A DNA stretch of 63,715 bases, counting the filler, from Diploschistes diacapsis (taxonomy: Eukaryota): NCBI GenBank assembly GCA_023645945.1. It is 21 parts of 21 records of this genome, joined end to end, with 100 filler letters (N's around TTAATTAATTAA, not from the genome) between each part and the next. Parts side by side here need not be neighbours in the genome. Positions count along the whole stretch, not along the records: positions 1 to 1,191 come from JALAIB010003661.1; positions 1,292 to 2,481 come from JALAIB010003662.1; positions 2,582 to 3,771 come from JALAIB010003663.1; positions 3,872 to 5,061 come from JALAIB010003664.1; positions 5,162 to 6,350 come from JALAIB010003665.1; positions 6,451 to 7,639 come from JALAIB010003666.1; positions 7,740 to 8,928 come from JALAIB010003667.1; positions 9,029 to 10,216 come from JALAIB010003668.1; 13 more parts are not named here. One strand, 5' to 3'. Below, piece by piece: positions 1 to 11,504 of the stretch (position 1 is the first letter of the stretch; each line of letters begins with the position of its first letter). The translations under genes were made by a program, and so were the position numbers. The notes below the pieces were generated by a model. The model did not search any database. It was given only the letters and a program-made list of their open reading frames with translations, and had not been told where the DNA came from.

Positions 1-290
1 TTACGTTTATTTTTTACGTTTTTATTTTTTTACCGCGGTGTTTTAATAGATTTACGGTAGTATTTCGGTAAATTTATTATAATATAATATCCGTGATAAT
101 ATCGTGTTTTAAAAATTTTTGCGGTAATGTTCGTAAAAGTATTCGTGTTTTAAAAATTTTAATCGTAATATCCGTGTTCGTGCTTTTATCATAATATAAT
201 GTCCGTGAAAATATCCGTGTTTTAAAATTTTAGCGGTAATATCCGTGGTAGTATCGTGTTTTAAAAATTTTCTCAGTAGTGTCCGTGGAA
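1..290 (-). mobile_element. RIP-degraded subterminal repeat array of the hAT-like element
   Basis: Repeated (A/G)TCCGTG and CGTGTTTTAAAAATTTT units, the reverse complement of the ACACGGAC array at 8169-8928. Confidence 0.6.
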
Positions 291-292
291 GT

Positions 293-746
293 TGTTATGA
301 TCTCTATCTATACAAGGTATACACGAGTAGGATCAAGGTGGGTTTGGTCTCTGTTAGAAGAGGAGTGTGGCAGGAGAAGAAGATAGAGCAGTTATAGATC
401 TTGGACTGTTTCTAGAAAGAAGGTTTTAAAATGATAAAAGTAACGAATATAGATTGATCCCGAATAATAATTAAGGATATCTATAAAAGTGAACACGTTC
501 TAGACTTACGGAGGTTATAACGACGTTCTTATATAATTAATAGCTCTTTTAGTGGAGTAAATGAATAAATGAGTAGAATTATCGTTCTTCCTTTCTATTT
601 ATAACTGGATAGAATGATCTTTTAAACCTTTTACTCGTCACGTGACCCGTGTCACCCTGATTAGGCTATATACAAGGAATGGTTAGGAAGTGCCCGACTA
701 GCTGTTGCGTGCCAAGTACTACCGCCTAGTACCTTGGATCGTAACA
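293..746. mobile_element. LTR, family A (TGTTATGATC...GATCGTAACA)
   Basis: TG...CA ends with short inverted termini. Homologous pieces at ~34576, 35155-35826, ~37260 and 42386-42768. No clean TSD seen. Confidence 0.7.
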
Positions 747-1191
747 GTTAGTAATTGACTTACGTAGATTCAGCTTTTCGGTTTCGAAATACGATATGTC
801 TTAAGAAGATATTATGTTATAATAGATACGCTCTCACGACGACCGCCTACAGAGTTAGATTTAATGGATGAAGAAGATATAGACGATTTTATAAAGTAAT
901 TCTTCGGGATTTATTATTGAATTTACGCTTAGAATCATACGGATTATGCCGGATCTTTATCCCGGAACGATCCGGACGGATTTAAGTAGGAGACTTTAGA
1001 GGCCAATAATATTAATATAGAAAGAATTTTATTTATGATTTTAAATCTTGATTCTCGTTATATTAATAAGCATTAGAGGATAATAGAATATTTAACTTCT
1101 TTATAAAAACTAATTAAAATATCTAATACCTACTTTAAGAATTTAAAACGTTAGGCCACCCAATATCTGGTTCAGTATAAAGAACTTTTCA

Positions 1192-1291
1192 NNNNNNNNN
1201 NNNNNNNNNNNNNNNNNNNNNNNNNNNNNNNNNNNTTAATTAATTAANNNNNNNNNNNNNNNNNNNNNNNNNNNNNNNNNNNNNNNNNNNN
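1192..1291. other. Artificial contig linker N-TTAATTAATTAA-N (100 nt), first of 20 copies (last at 44054-44153)
   Basis: Identical spacer with stop codons in all six frames, flanked by N runs, recurring at every contig boundary. Confidence 0.98.
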
Positions 1292-1721
1292 CTTATATAA
1301 AGTTCGTTATAGGGCAACGAATTATTGAGGGAGGGGTCGTATATAAATATAAAAATAGATTATGGATTTAGTGGGGGGCGAGTCCCTTAAAGTAGTTTTA
1401 TATAAGGAGGTCTGTTAGGTAGCTCTAGACAATCAATGCATCCTATATCTTATAAATGTCCTATCTAGGTATGTTATTGACTACGAAATCACACTACATT
1501 CCTCTACTACACCACCTACGACTACCTACCTACTACAGCAAGGGAAGTCTCCCTAGACAGCGCGCCTTGTGTTTATATTACTAATAATGATTTTTTAAAA
1601 AGGATTAATTCGTTTTTAATAACTGATATAGAGATTGGGCGATAACGATAAAATCCCTAATTTAGATACGATAATAGATATACATTCTTAAAAGCTCTTA
1701 ACTTGCGTGATATTTCTAAGA

Positions 1722-1891
1722 TGTAACAGCGGGGGTAGTACCTAATAGGGTAGCGCTATCCCACTGAGCCAAAAGACTAACACAATGCTTTCAGGAACCC
1801 CGAAGCATTGTTTCCCTATTACAATATATGTAGGTGCGTGGCTGTGGCAGCAGGGGGACCTGAACCCCAGGGCGCACCTTTGGGCGTTACA
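1722..1891. mobile_element. Solo LTR, family B (170 bp) with 5-bp TSD TAAGA
   Basis: TGTAAC...GTTACA termini, TAAGA at 1717-1721 and 1892-1896. Other copies at 31642-31804, ~32990-33163 and ~33445-33620. Confidence 0.85.
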
Positions 1892-2234
1892 TAAGAATAG
1901 GCTAATTTATTATTTTTAAGACCTTTGATTCTAGAGAGCGTCCTTCCGGGATATAAAGATAACTTATTATCTTTAACTTTTCAACATATTACTATAACTT
2001 CCCTCTTAAGGTAATTGTATCGGCTATTTTTATCGCATATAAGGCTTAATCGATATTTTAAATATATTCAAGTATATATTTCCGTATATTAAATAAAGTT
2101 TCTTTTTTATTATATGTATGTTTAGGGCCCTTAATTCTAAAGTCGTCAAAAAAGAGTTAAACTATATAAAAAAGACCGACAAAGATAATTATAATTATTC
2201 GTATAAACTATCTAATCGAATTAATACTTCTTTA

Positions 2235-2481
2235 ACGTGTTTGACGGTGAGTCCGGCCACCCCCAGAGTCCGGCCACCTCAAATCACTACCGCCAACATT
2301 CTACGGTTTTTAGATACAACTTATTCGTCGCAATCAGAATTTAATCGATCTAAATCGAAAATTTTTTTTTTATCCTTCTCGATTTCAGAAATGCGACGAT
2401 ATTTTTTGCGCGTTATAAATCGTTTTAAAATTATCCGATTCGATTTAGCGCGAATTATTATTTTAAGAACTTCGTTTATAC
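2235..2481 (-). mobile_element. Fot1/pogo (Tc1/mariner) transposon 3' end with TIR
   Basis: TA|ACGTGTTTGACGGTGAGTCCGGCCACCCCCAGAGTCCGGCCACC: TA target, ACGT terminus and an internal direct-repeat pair, followed by a RIP-mutated transposase tail. Confidence 0.8.
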
Positions 2482-3100
2482 NNNNNNNNNNNNNNNNNNN
2501 NNNNNNNNNNNNNNNNNNNNNNNNNTTAATTAATTAANNNNNNNNNNNNNNNNNNNNNNNNNNNNNNNNNNNNNNNNNNNNGGTTAAAGGTTTTAATGTC
2601 GATAACGACACGATTTTTTTTGATATTATTAGTCACTTTCTATACCACAAACACGGGGAAGTTAAATAACGTAGGTTTTTTAGTTTATTTCATTCGTTTT
2701 TTATTCTGTAATTTATCGAAAGTTTCGTTAATTATAATTTTATTCCGGTTATTAATAAGATATATTTTTATTATATTGGCGCTGTATTTCTTTCGTTAAT
2801 CGCTAATTCGTAGTATTTCTAGTCGTTTTGGTATATTGATATTATCGGTGTCAATAAATAGGTTAGGATAGCTATTAATCAACCTTTATAGCTCTATTAT
2901 TTCATACTCGTGTCTGTATGTTGTAATTCCGTTGTTTAATTTCGATTTAAGCTTCTTCGGATCGGTCGAGATGGCTTTAGGTTCGAATTGTATGGAAGGA
3001 CATCTCGCTAGGTCCTTGAGGTTAGTATCGGCGTTATAAGCACTGTTACCGTTGTAGTCGATGATTAGATCTAGTTGAACATGATTCGGTACGGTATGTA

Positions 3101-3545
3101 TGTTTGGCAACGTAATGGATATATTGAAGTCTAGAGGTCTATCTAGGAGGTTATCCTACTTTGCAGACTTTTATCCTTATGGGATACGCTAAGCCCTACT
3201 ACCTACATTATTCCTAAACCGGTCTAGTTAGGATTCCAAAAGGTTCAGCTAAACTGAACCTCTTTCTAAAACTTAGTTAAATTCCTAGCCATACCTTCTA
3301 CCTATCTGCTCAACATTCCCCCACAGACGGAATCGTCCGGCATAACTACATAATTCAACTAAATATCTTTTAGACTAGACCGAGTTCCTTAATAAAGGCG
3401 TCGTGCTTCGAGTAATTTAATAACTTCGTAAATCTATTAATAATCATTTTATCGATAAAGATATAAAACATCTTAATACGTTTTTATTTAACTAAATCTC
3501 GTACGTAATAATAAATAATATCGATATATTTTAAACGATCGTTGA
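3101..3545 (-). mobile_element. Ty1/copia 3' end: RNase H tail, polypurine tract and 3' LTR (family C, 3101-3315)
   Basis: Minus strand reads RIP-altered 'KYIDIYYYYVRDLVK...MIINRFTK' (copia KHIDIxYHxVRD...MIADGLTK), then TGGGGGAA|TGTTGAGC...GCCAAACA. Confidence 0.8.
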
Positions 3546-5161
3546 TCCTTACGTGTTTTATTAAATTTAAAGAATTAATATTATTAATCACTTTCCATAC
3601 CACAAACACGGGGAAACTAAATGACGTAAGCTCTTTAATCTACTCCATTCGTCTTTTATTTTGTAATTTATCGAAAGTTTCGTTAATTATAATTTTATCC
3701 CGGTTATTAATAAAATATATTTTTGTTATATTGGCGCTATATTTCTTTCGTTAGTCGCTAATTAGTGGTATNNNNNNNNNNNNNNNNNNNNNNNNNNNNN
3801 NNNNNNNNNNNNNNNTTAATTAATTAANNNNNNNNNNNNNNNNNNNNNNNNNNNNNNNNNNNNNNNNNNNNATATTAATATTAAGATAAAAGATATCGAT
3901 ATCGTGGATACTATTTTTCTTATAAATTAATTCTTACGGTTATTTTTTACGATTTTATCTTTTAATAGCTGTCCATCGGTTAAAAGAAAATTAAAAATAT
4001 TATTAATCGAGATCGCGGGGTCCTAAAAGAGTAAAATAGAAATACGAAATTTAATACTTAATTATTAAATAATCCCGTAACTGTCGTAGCCCGCAAGCGA
4101 CGTCGCGAACTCTCCCCGGATATCGATATTATCTAAATAACTCGTAACGTAAATCGTTAAGCGACACGATACGTTCGCAAGAAAACTTTCTGAGACAGCC
4201 CAGACCAGGGGCCTGCCAAGCCACGGCAGGGTCAATGCCCAGGTGCTTGCCAAGACACGGCAGGGTCAGGGGGTGGCTGTGTAGATGGGTAGTCCCCGAA
4301 CCCCGGTAGGCTGGCACCCACATTACTTAACGGTGCCCTCCTCCCACCTAGATAGTTTCTTCTTCAGCTTTTCGAATCGAGACCTTTTACCTGCAGATGC
4401 CCAGCTACATCTAATCCTTCCGGATCAGGCCCAGCCCCCGGTAGAGTAGCATCCTTTCCTGCGCTGGCGTTTCACTTTCGTATATAAAAAAGATAATAAG
4501 ACTTTTTATTATCCCGAAATTATATATAAAGATAACGAGGGATATCGAGATCGACTTATTCAAGCTTTAGAAAATCGAAAAATAATAGAACGATATAAAA
4601 CTAAATTATTTAATAATTATTTCTTACGTTCATTTTTCACGATTAATAAACGAGATAAGAGATATAATTAAAAACGTATTTATCGATAACGGAAATAATA
4701 AAAACAAAATTTCAAAATTAAGGTCACGTCAGAAGCTTTAAACGAATAGATTATGAAAATCGATTATTTAAAAAATTTCTTAAACTCTTTACTTATCTTA
4801 TTTTTCAGTAAAAAGAAGGCCGTGAATCATAAATCCCTTCGAAAACTAACGATAAACGAGATAACGGACAGGATACTTTAGCGTTTTATAAGAAAGGCGG
4901 GTATATAGTAGTTAGAAACAATCTATAAAGAATAAAAAACCCATAATATAATAACCAAAACTTAAAAAAAAATCGCGGATATAATTTAAAGCGATTATTA
5001 TTATAAGAAAGATATTTTACAAGATCGTGATCCGGAATATATTGATTTCTCACGCTTATTTNNNNNNNNNNNNNNNNNNNNNNNNNNNNNNNNNNNNNNN
5101 NNNNNTTAATTAATTAANNNNNNNNNNNNNNNNNNNNNNNNNNNNNNNNNNNNNNNNNNNN

Positions 5162-5849
5162 TTAATAACTCGGAATCGAGCTATTACGAATCGAAACGCT
5201 TAAATAAACTTTACAAATATTTAATTATAATTTATTAATCTTATAACCGTATTTAACAAGCTTTTTTCGACTTATCGAACCCCTTTACTTCCATTTTACA
5301 ACCCTCTTTTAACCTCGAATCAATTCGATTTGGATTTATTCTTATGATATAATTCTTTATCGAATACGACCGAACTGCGAAAGGTTAAGAAAGAATTTAA
5401 TTAAACGTTGCGAACCGTTTTAACATTAATTAATCCGATTCGACGTTATTCGAATCGAATAATTTATATATTTAAATCGACGTATATTAAGTTTATAACG
5501 CTTCATAAAGAAAACCGACAGCAAAAAACGCTTTTTAATAATTATAAAAAATATAAATTAAATAAACGAATCGGATTAAAAACCATTTTATATTAAATAT
5601 AAACGAAGTTCTTAAAATAATAATTCGGATTAAATCGAATCGGATAATTTTAAAACGAGTTATAACGCGTAGAAAACGTCGTCGCGTTTCTGAAATCGAG
5701 AAAGATAAAAAGGAAAAAGATAGATTCGATTTAGATAGAGTAGATTCTAATTACGACGAACAGGTTATATCTAAAAACCGTAAAATATTAACAGTAGTGA
5801 TTTGAAATGGCCGGAATCTAGGGGTGGCCGGAATCCCCGTGAAACGCGT
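5162..5849 (+). mobile_element. Fot1/pogo transposase 3' part and TIR (RIP-mutated)
   Basis: Homologous to 9029-9517 and 7150-7515. Ends GGTGGCCGGAATCCCCGTGAAACGCGT|TA. Confidence 0.75.
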
Positions 5850-7149
5850 TATAAAGATTTTAGATTTAAGGGTGGATATTATTAAAGGAATTACAGTTAT
5901 AATTAATACGATACGCGATTACGCGATATAATATTCGATAAAAATTTAATAATGCGGTCGATATTTCGAAAAACAAGATAATTATTATAATAAATAGGTG
6001 CATAATATGATGGTAAAAATATATTATAATAACACGAGATATTAAAAAAGGATATAAACGCGTATAATCGGATTTTTTATTTTTTATACGTTTCGAGTAA
6101 GCCGTATATACTTTATTTACAATATCGCTTTATTTTAAATTGGAAAATTTTTGACGTAAAATTCGGATTTAAACTACGTTATTTCGGAACGATCCGTTAT
6201 AAAATTCCCGGTTTTATTATAATAACGTTATTTTAACGTATTATTTTCTGGGGTCTAGTATTTTTTATAAATAATAAATTATTAGAAAAATATAATTAAA
6301 AATAGGATTTATACTCGGCTTGCCGTCGATATAGTAAACGAGTATAATTTNNNNNNNNNNNNNNNNNNNNNNNNNNNNNNNNNNNNNNNNNNNNTTAATT
6401 AATTAANNNNNNNNNNNNNNNNNNNNNNNNNNNNNNNNNNNNNNNNNNNNGAATAAAATAAGTAACTGACGAGAATGGGAATAAAGAAAGAAAAGAAAAG
6501 ATAAAGAAAATAAAACCTTTATATTAAACTTACGTTAATAATAAATTAATAATAATAATATATAAAAGTATTAATAACTCGCCGTTAACGCGCTAGCCAA
6601 GAATTAATAAACATTAATAAAATTATATATTAATAATTAATATCATTAAAAATAAAAGATTAACGACACGTTAAAGATTTATTATCGTATAATTAATAAC
6701 GAAGGCACGTTACGATGATTAAACGCTCTAAAAACAAAATTTAGAAAAAAAAAGATAATTATAATACGCAGAACCTAATAAGGGCTATTAAAGGGTATAT
6801 CAAGTATATATCAAGACCCGCTAGCGTGTTCTTATATAAGAGCAGAGTTTTCGCAGATAGAGATAATTCTTTAGAAGTTATTTCATAAATACACCTATCG
6901 TTTAGCAGAGATCTAGCTACCGAATAGCCACTTATCTGCCTTATTGTCACACTATAGTATTAGCCTTTACATTTTCGATCTTTATAGTCAATTATTATCG
7001 TCGTTTATTCTTATTTCTCGTTCGTTATTTATTTTTATGTTTTACTTTTTATATTCTTTTAATTAATATACTAAAACATATTTTTAATAAGCCCGAGTAA
7101 ACCTCTCATATATTTCTAACGATATCCACGATTAAGAATAATACGCTTA

Positions 7150-7639
7150 ACGTGTTTCACGGTCATCTAGGCCACCCCCCCATCTAAGCCACCTTAAATC
7201 ACTACCGCCAACATTCTACGGTTTTTAGATATAACCTATTCGTCGTAATTAGAATCTAATCGATCCGAATCGAATCTATTTTCCTTCTCTGCATCTTTCT
7301 CGATTTCAAAAACGCGACGACGTTTTTTATACGTTATAAATCGTTTCGAAATTATTCGACTCGATTTAGTTCGAATTATTATTTTAAGAACTTCGTTTAT
7401 ATTAAATATAAAACGATTTTCTAACTCGATTCGTTTATTTAATTTACGTTTTTTACGATTATTAAGAAGCGTTTTTTGCTCTCGGTTTTCTTTACGAAAC
7501 GTTATAAACTTAATAACGTGTTTCACGGGGATTCCGGCCACCTCCAGATTCCGGCCACCTCAAATCACTACCGCTAACATTCTACGGTTTTTAGATAACG
7601 TGTTTGACGGTGAGTCCGGCCACCCCCAGAGTCCGGCCA
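7150..7639 (-). mobile_element. Three nested Fot1/pogo ends (TIRs start at 7150, 7516, 7598)
   Basis: Each starts TA|ACGTGTTT(C/G)ACGG with paired GCCACC repeats, followed by the same internal sequence. Confidence 0.8.
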
Positions 7640-8168
7640 NNNNNNNNNNNNNNNNNNNNNNNNNNNNNNNNNNNNNNNNNNNNTTAATTAATTAANNNNN
7701 NNNNNNNNNNNNNNNNNNNNNNNNNNNNNNNNNNNNNNNATATTATAGATATATTCGGGCGCGTATTGTCCTTTATTATATTAAACTATTATTATATCGA
7801 ATTACCGTTATATAAACTCGTAATTTGTTATATTAAATTTATTCAACTCGATCTATCTCATCCAGACATTAATAATTTCGGGAAATCGTTTATGAAATCG
7901 TAATATCTAATGTTTATTAATAGGTTGAAGATTTGCGATCGTAATTTTTAAATTTAAACCGAATCGAATGCGTTCGCGTCGAATTTCTTCAATTATTTCT
8001 ATTATTAACGCAGGCGATGTAGGAAAGCCGGTTTATGTAAGACGTATAATCTATCGTACTAATATCTTTTCTTTAGGATTTGAAAGGATTTGATTCGATT
8101 CGTGATTATTAAAACGTGATTATACTTTAGTGAATCGACGCATAATGGTTGAACGAGGAACTTTAAAT

Positions 8169-8928
8169 TAGGCTGGCCGTTTCGTGCCACGGTCACTGAC
8201 ACGGACACTGCAGCAAAAATTTTCAAAACACGGACACTGACACGGACACGATAATTAAAATTTTAAAACACGAATACTGACACGGACATTATTTTTCCGC
8301 GAATTTACGGACACGGACATCGTAATTAAAAAATTTAAAACACGGATACTGACACGGATACTATAATTAAAAAATTTAAAACACGGACACTGACACGGAA
8401 ACTATATTTCCGTAAATAAAATAACACGGACACTACACTGCAGTAAAAGCACTGAAATACTTTTTTTTATTTTAAGAATACTTTTACCGGTTTTATTATT
8501 ATTTTTAAGATCGTTTTTTTTAGTTTCCGTAGTGTCCGTTATAACTATATCGGACTCTAGTATCTTTTAAAATGATACGGATTTAGTCTTTAACGATCGC
8601 CCGGTTGTATTTTCTGATATATTTATTTTAAAAGGTGTTTAAATATTATAATCTAGGCTGGCCGTTTCGTGCCACGGTCACTGACACGGACACTGCAGCA
8701 AAAATTTTCAAAACACGGACACTGACACGGACACGACAATTAAAATTTTAAAACACGGACACTGACACGGACACTACCTTTCCGTAAATCCACGGACACG
8801 GATACCGCAATTAAAAAATTTAAAACACGGACACTGACACGGACACTATAATTAAAAAATTTAAAACACGGACACTGACACGGACATTATATTTCCGTAA
8901 ATCCACTAACACGGACACTGCACTACAG
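8169..8928 (+). mobile_element. Two nested ends of a DNA transposon (hAT-like) with ACACGG subterminal arrays
   Basis: Identical terminus TAGGCTGGCCGTTTCGTGCCACGG at 8169 and 8654 (also 40997, and reversed ending at 36013), followed by many ACACGGACAC(TG) units. Confidence 0.65.
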
Positions 8929-9028
8929 NNNNNNNNNNNNNNNNNNNNNNNNNNNNNNNNNNNNNNNNNNNNTTAATTAATTAANNNNNNNNNNNNNNNN
9001 NNNNNNNNNNNNNNNNNNNNNNNNNNNN

Positions 9029-9517
9029 AAATACGACCGAACTACGAAAGATTAATAAAAAATTTAATTAGACGTTGCGAGCCGTTTTAGAACTGGTTAA
9101 TCCGATTCGACGTTATTCGAATCGAGTAACCCGTATACTTAAATCGACGCATATTGAGTTCATAACGCTTCGTAAAGAAAACCGAAAGTAAAAAACGCTT
9201 CTTAATAATCGTAAAAAACCTAAATTAAACAAACGAATCGAATTAAAAGGTCGTTTTATATTTAATATAAACGAAGTTCTTAAAATAATAACTCGGGTTA
9301 AATCGAGTTAAATAATTTCGAAACGACCTACAACGCGCAAAAAACGTTATCGCATTTCTGAAATCGAGAAAGATAAAAAGGAAGAGAATAGATTCGATTT
9401 AAATCGATTAGATTCTAATTACGACGAATAGGTTGTATTTAAAAACCGTAGAATGTTAGCGGTAGTAATTTGAGGTGGCCGGACTCTAGGGGTGGCCGGA
9501 CTCACCGTCAAACACGT
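9029..9517 (+). mobile_element. Fot1/pogo transposase C-terminal remnant and TIR
   Basis: Reads 'KLNKRIELKGRFIFNINEVLKII', resembling a RIP-altered fungal pogo C-terminus. Ends ...CGTCAAACACGT|TA. Confidence 0.75.
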
Positions 9518-9696
9518 TACAGTTATTGATAATATTCTTTAAAGATTTCTGAAAAATAGTCGTTTCCTTTCTTATTAATATTCTTATTAATACGAGTTTT
9601 TATTTCTCGAATCTGAATTTGTTAGTCAAGATCTTTCTTAATTCCGATTCGGGGAATATTATATAATACTTTCTTTTTCTTTGCCGTAATCACCAT

Positions 9697-10216
9697 AACT
9701 GCGCGTAGACGGGATGTGTTAATACACGTATATCCGTTTAACTTAAAAGTCCGTATCTTAAAATTAATCGTTAAATTATAAATATTTAATTAAAGATCTC
9801 CGAGGATAACTTCGTAAATAATTATATCTATTAGATCGAAAGCAAGTTCCTTAATATACCTTAAGATCCTAATTATCAGCGATATCGTACGTTTAATAAT
9901 TTATAAAGCGTTACGTGCTATTACGATTCCGAATGTGTATTTCTATATAAATTCGTAATTCTTCATTTTTAATCGTTATAACTGCGTCCGAACGGGATAT
10001 ATTAATATATACACATCCGTCTAACTTAAAAGCCCGTGTTTTAAAATTAATCGTTAAATTATAAATATTTAATTAAAAGTTTCTAAAAATAATTTCGTAA
10101 ATAATTATATTTATTAAATCGAAGACGAGTTTCTTAATATACTTTAAAATCTTAATTATCAGCGGCAACGTACGTTTAATAATTTATAAAGCGTTACGTG
10201 TTACCACGATTCCGAA
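9697..10216 (-). repeat. Tandem ~280-bp duplication, probably a retrotransposon aspartic protease remnant
   Basis: 9697-9935 aligns with 9978-10216. Minus strand reads 'FDLIDIIIYEVILGDL..NIYNLTINFK', resembling the gypsy protease ILGxPWL..HNP.INW motif. Confidence 0.5.
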
Positions 10217-10465
10217 NNNNNNNNNNNNNNNNNNNNNNNNNNNNNNNNNNNNNNNNNNNNTTAATTAATTAANNNNNNNNNNNNNNNNNNNNNNNNNNNN
10301 NNNNNNNNNNNNNNNNATGTGCACTTTTTACATGTGATAGATAATTGATTGAAAAATAATATTTTAAAAAAAAATAACGATTAATTTCGAAGAGTTATTA
10401 AAGATTTAATCTATTTCTTGGCAAAAGTGGCCGGAATCTGGGGGTGGCCGGAATCCCCGTGAAAC

Positions 10466-10681
10466 TAGAACGCCCCTACAGGAATAGGTGCTACACTACC
10501 GGGGGCTGAGCCTGATCCGGAAGGATTACGTGTAACTGGGCATCCGTAGGCTGAATGGTTCAGATTCGAAAAGGTAAAGAACTATCTAGGTGGGAGCAGG
10601 GCACAAATAAATAGTCTGGGTGCCAGCCCTACTGCCCTACGGGGTTCAACCCTTGAACCCATAAACGTTCAGGATGTTCCA
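10466..10681. mobile_element. Solo LTR (216 bp) with 5-bp TSD GAAAC inside a pogo TIR
   Basis: GAAAC at 10461-10465 and 10682-10686, termini TAGAAC...GTTCCA. Second copy at 42913-43127. Confidence 0.85.
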
Positions 10682-10692
10682 GAAACACGTTA

Positions 10693-11504
10693 TATATTTT
10701 ATATAAACCGACTTTCCTATATCGTTTACGTTAATAATAAAAATAACTAAGAAAATTCGACGCAAAAAGATCCGATTCGATTTAAATTTAGAAATCACGG
10801 TTATAAATCTTTAACCTATCGATAAAAATTAGATATCACGATTTCGCAAACGAGTTTCTAAAGTTATTAATATTTAGACGAGATAGATCGAGTTAAATAA
10901 ATTTAATACGATAAATTACGAGGTTATATAACGGTGGTTCGATATAATAATAATTTAATATAATAAGAAATAATACGCGTCCGAATATATTTACAATATA
11001 AACGAATTAAATTTTAATATTAATAATAATTCTTTTTTTAAAACCTTCGTTTCGAGTCGAATAAACTCGAATTAAAGAATTATTTAAAAAAATAAAAAAT
11101 AATAATTACAATCGAATATATTTCAATTATTAGCGGGGTATTACCGCCTATAATCATTTTTAAAATATTATATACCAATATTAGTTGAATTCTAATTAAA
11201 ACGTCTCGAAATTAACTGTTTAATATTAATAATAATAAATAAATAATAAATAAACACGGATATTAATGGCTTATATATATTTTTAAACTTTTAATTAAAC
11301 CGAATCGACCCGAAACGCGTCGTTTATTAATTATGAACGGTTATGATAACTACATTATTGCTAATATTATTCGCTTTTATATGTCTAATCGAATCGATTT
11401 AATAATATTATTATCGTATAATTTTTATCTTCTTTAATCATTTGATGTCGCAGTGTTTTCGTCGTTTAAAAACGCGTTGGCATAAAAGATAGATTATATT
11501 ACTC
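10693..11504 (+). pseudogene. RIP-mutated Fot1/pogo DDE transposase
   Basis: 11320-11480 reads 'RLLIMNGYDNYI...IDLIILLSYNFYLL*SFDVAVF', matching the DDE_1 pattern RLLIxDGHxSH...LPPHxSHLLQPLDVGVF with C>T/G>A changes. Confidence 0.8.

Noticed and set aside
1236..1247. TTAATTAATTAA as a biological repeat
   Set aside because: Synthetic six-frame-stop linker embedded in N runs.
8195..8928. CRISPR-like array of ACACGGACACTGACACGGACAC repeats with spacers
   Set aside because: The spacers are themselves repeated, the periodicity is irregular, no cas genes are present and the context is eukaryotic. The array always follows a transposon terminus.
1..11504. AT-rich ORFs as mitochondrial, bacterial or novel genes
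   Set aside because: They are RIP-mutated transposon fragments or their antisense frames, and several run into linker Ns.
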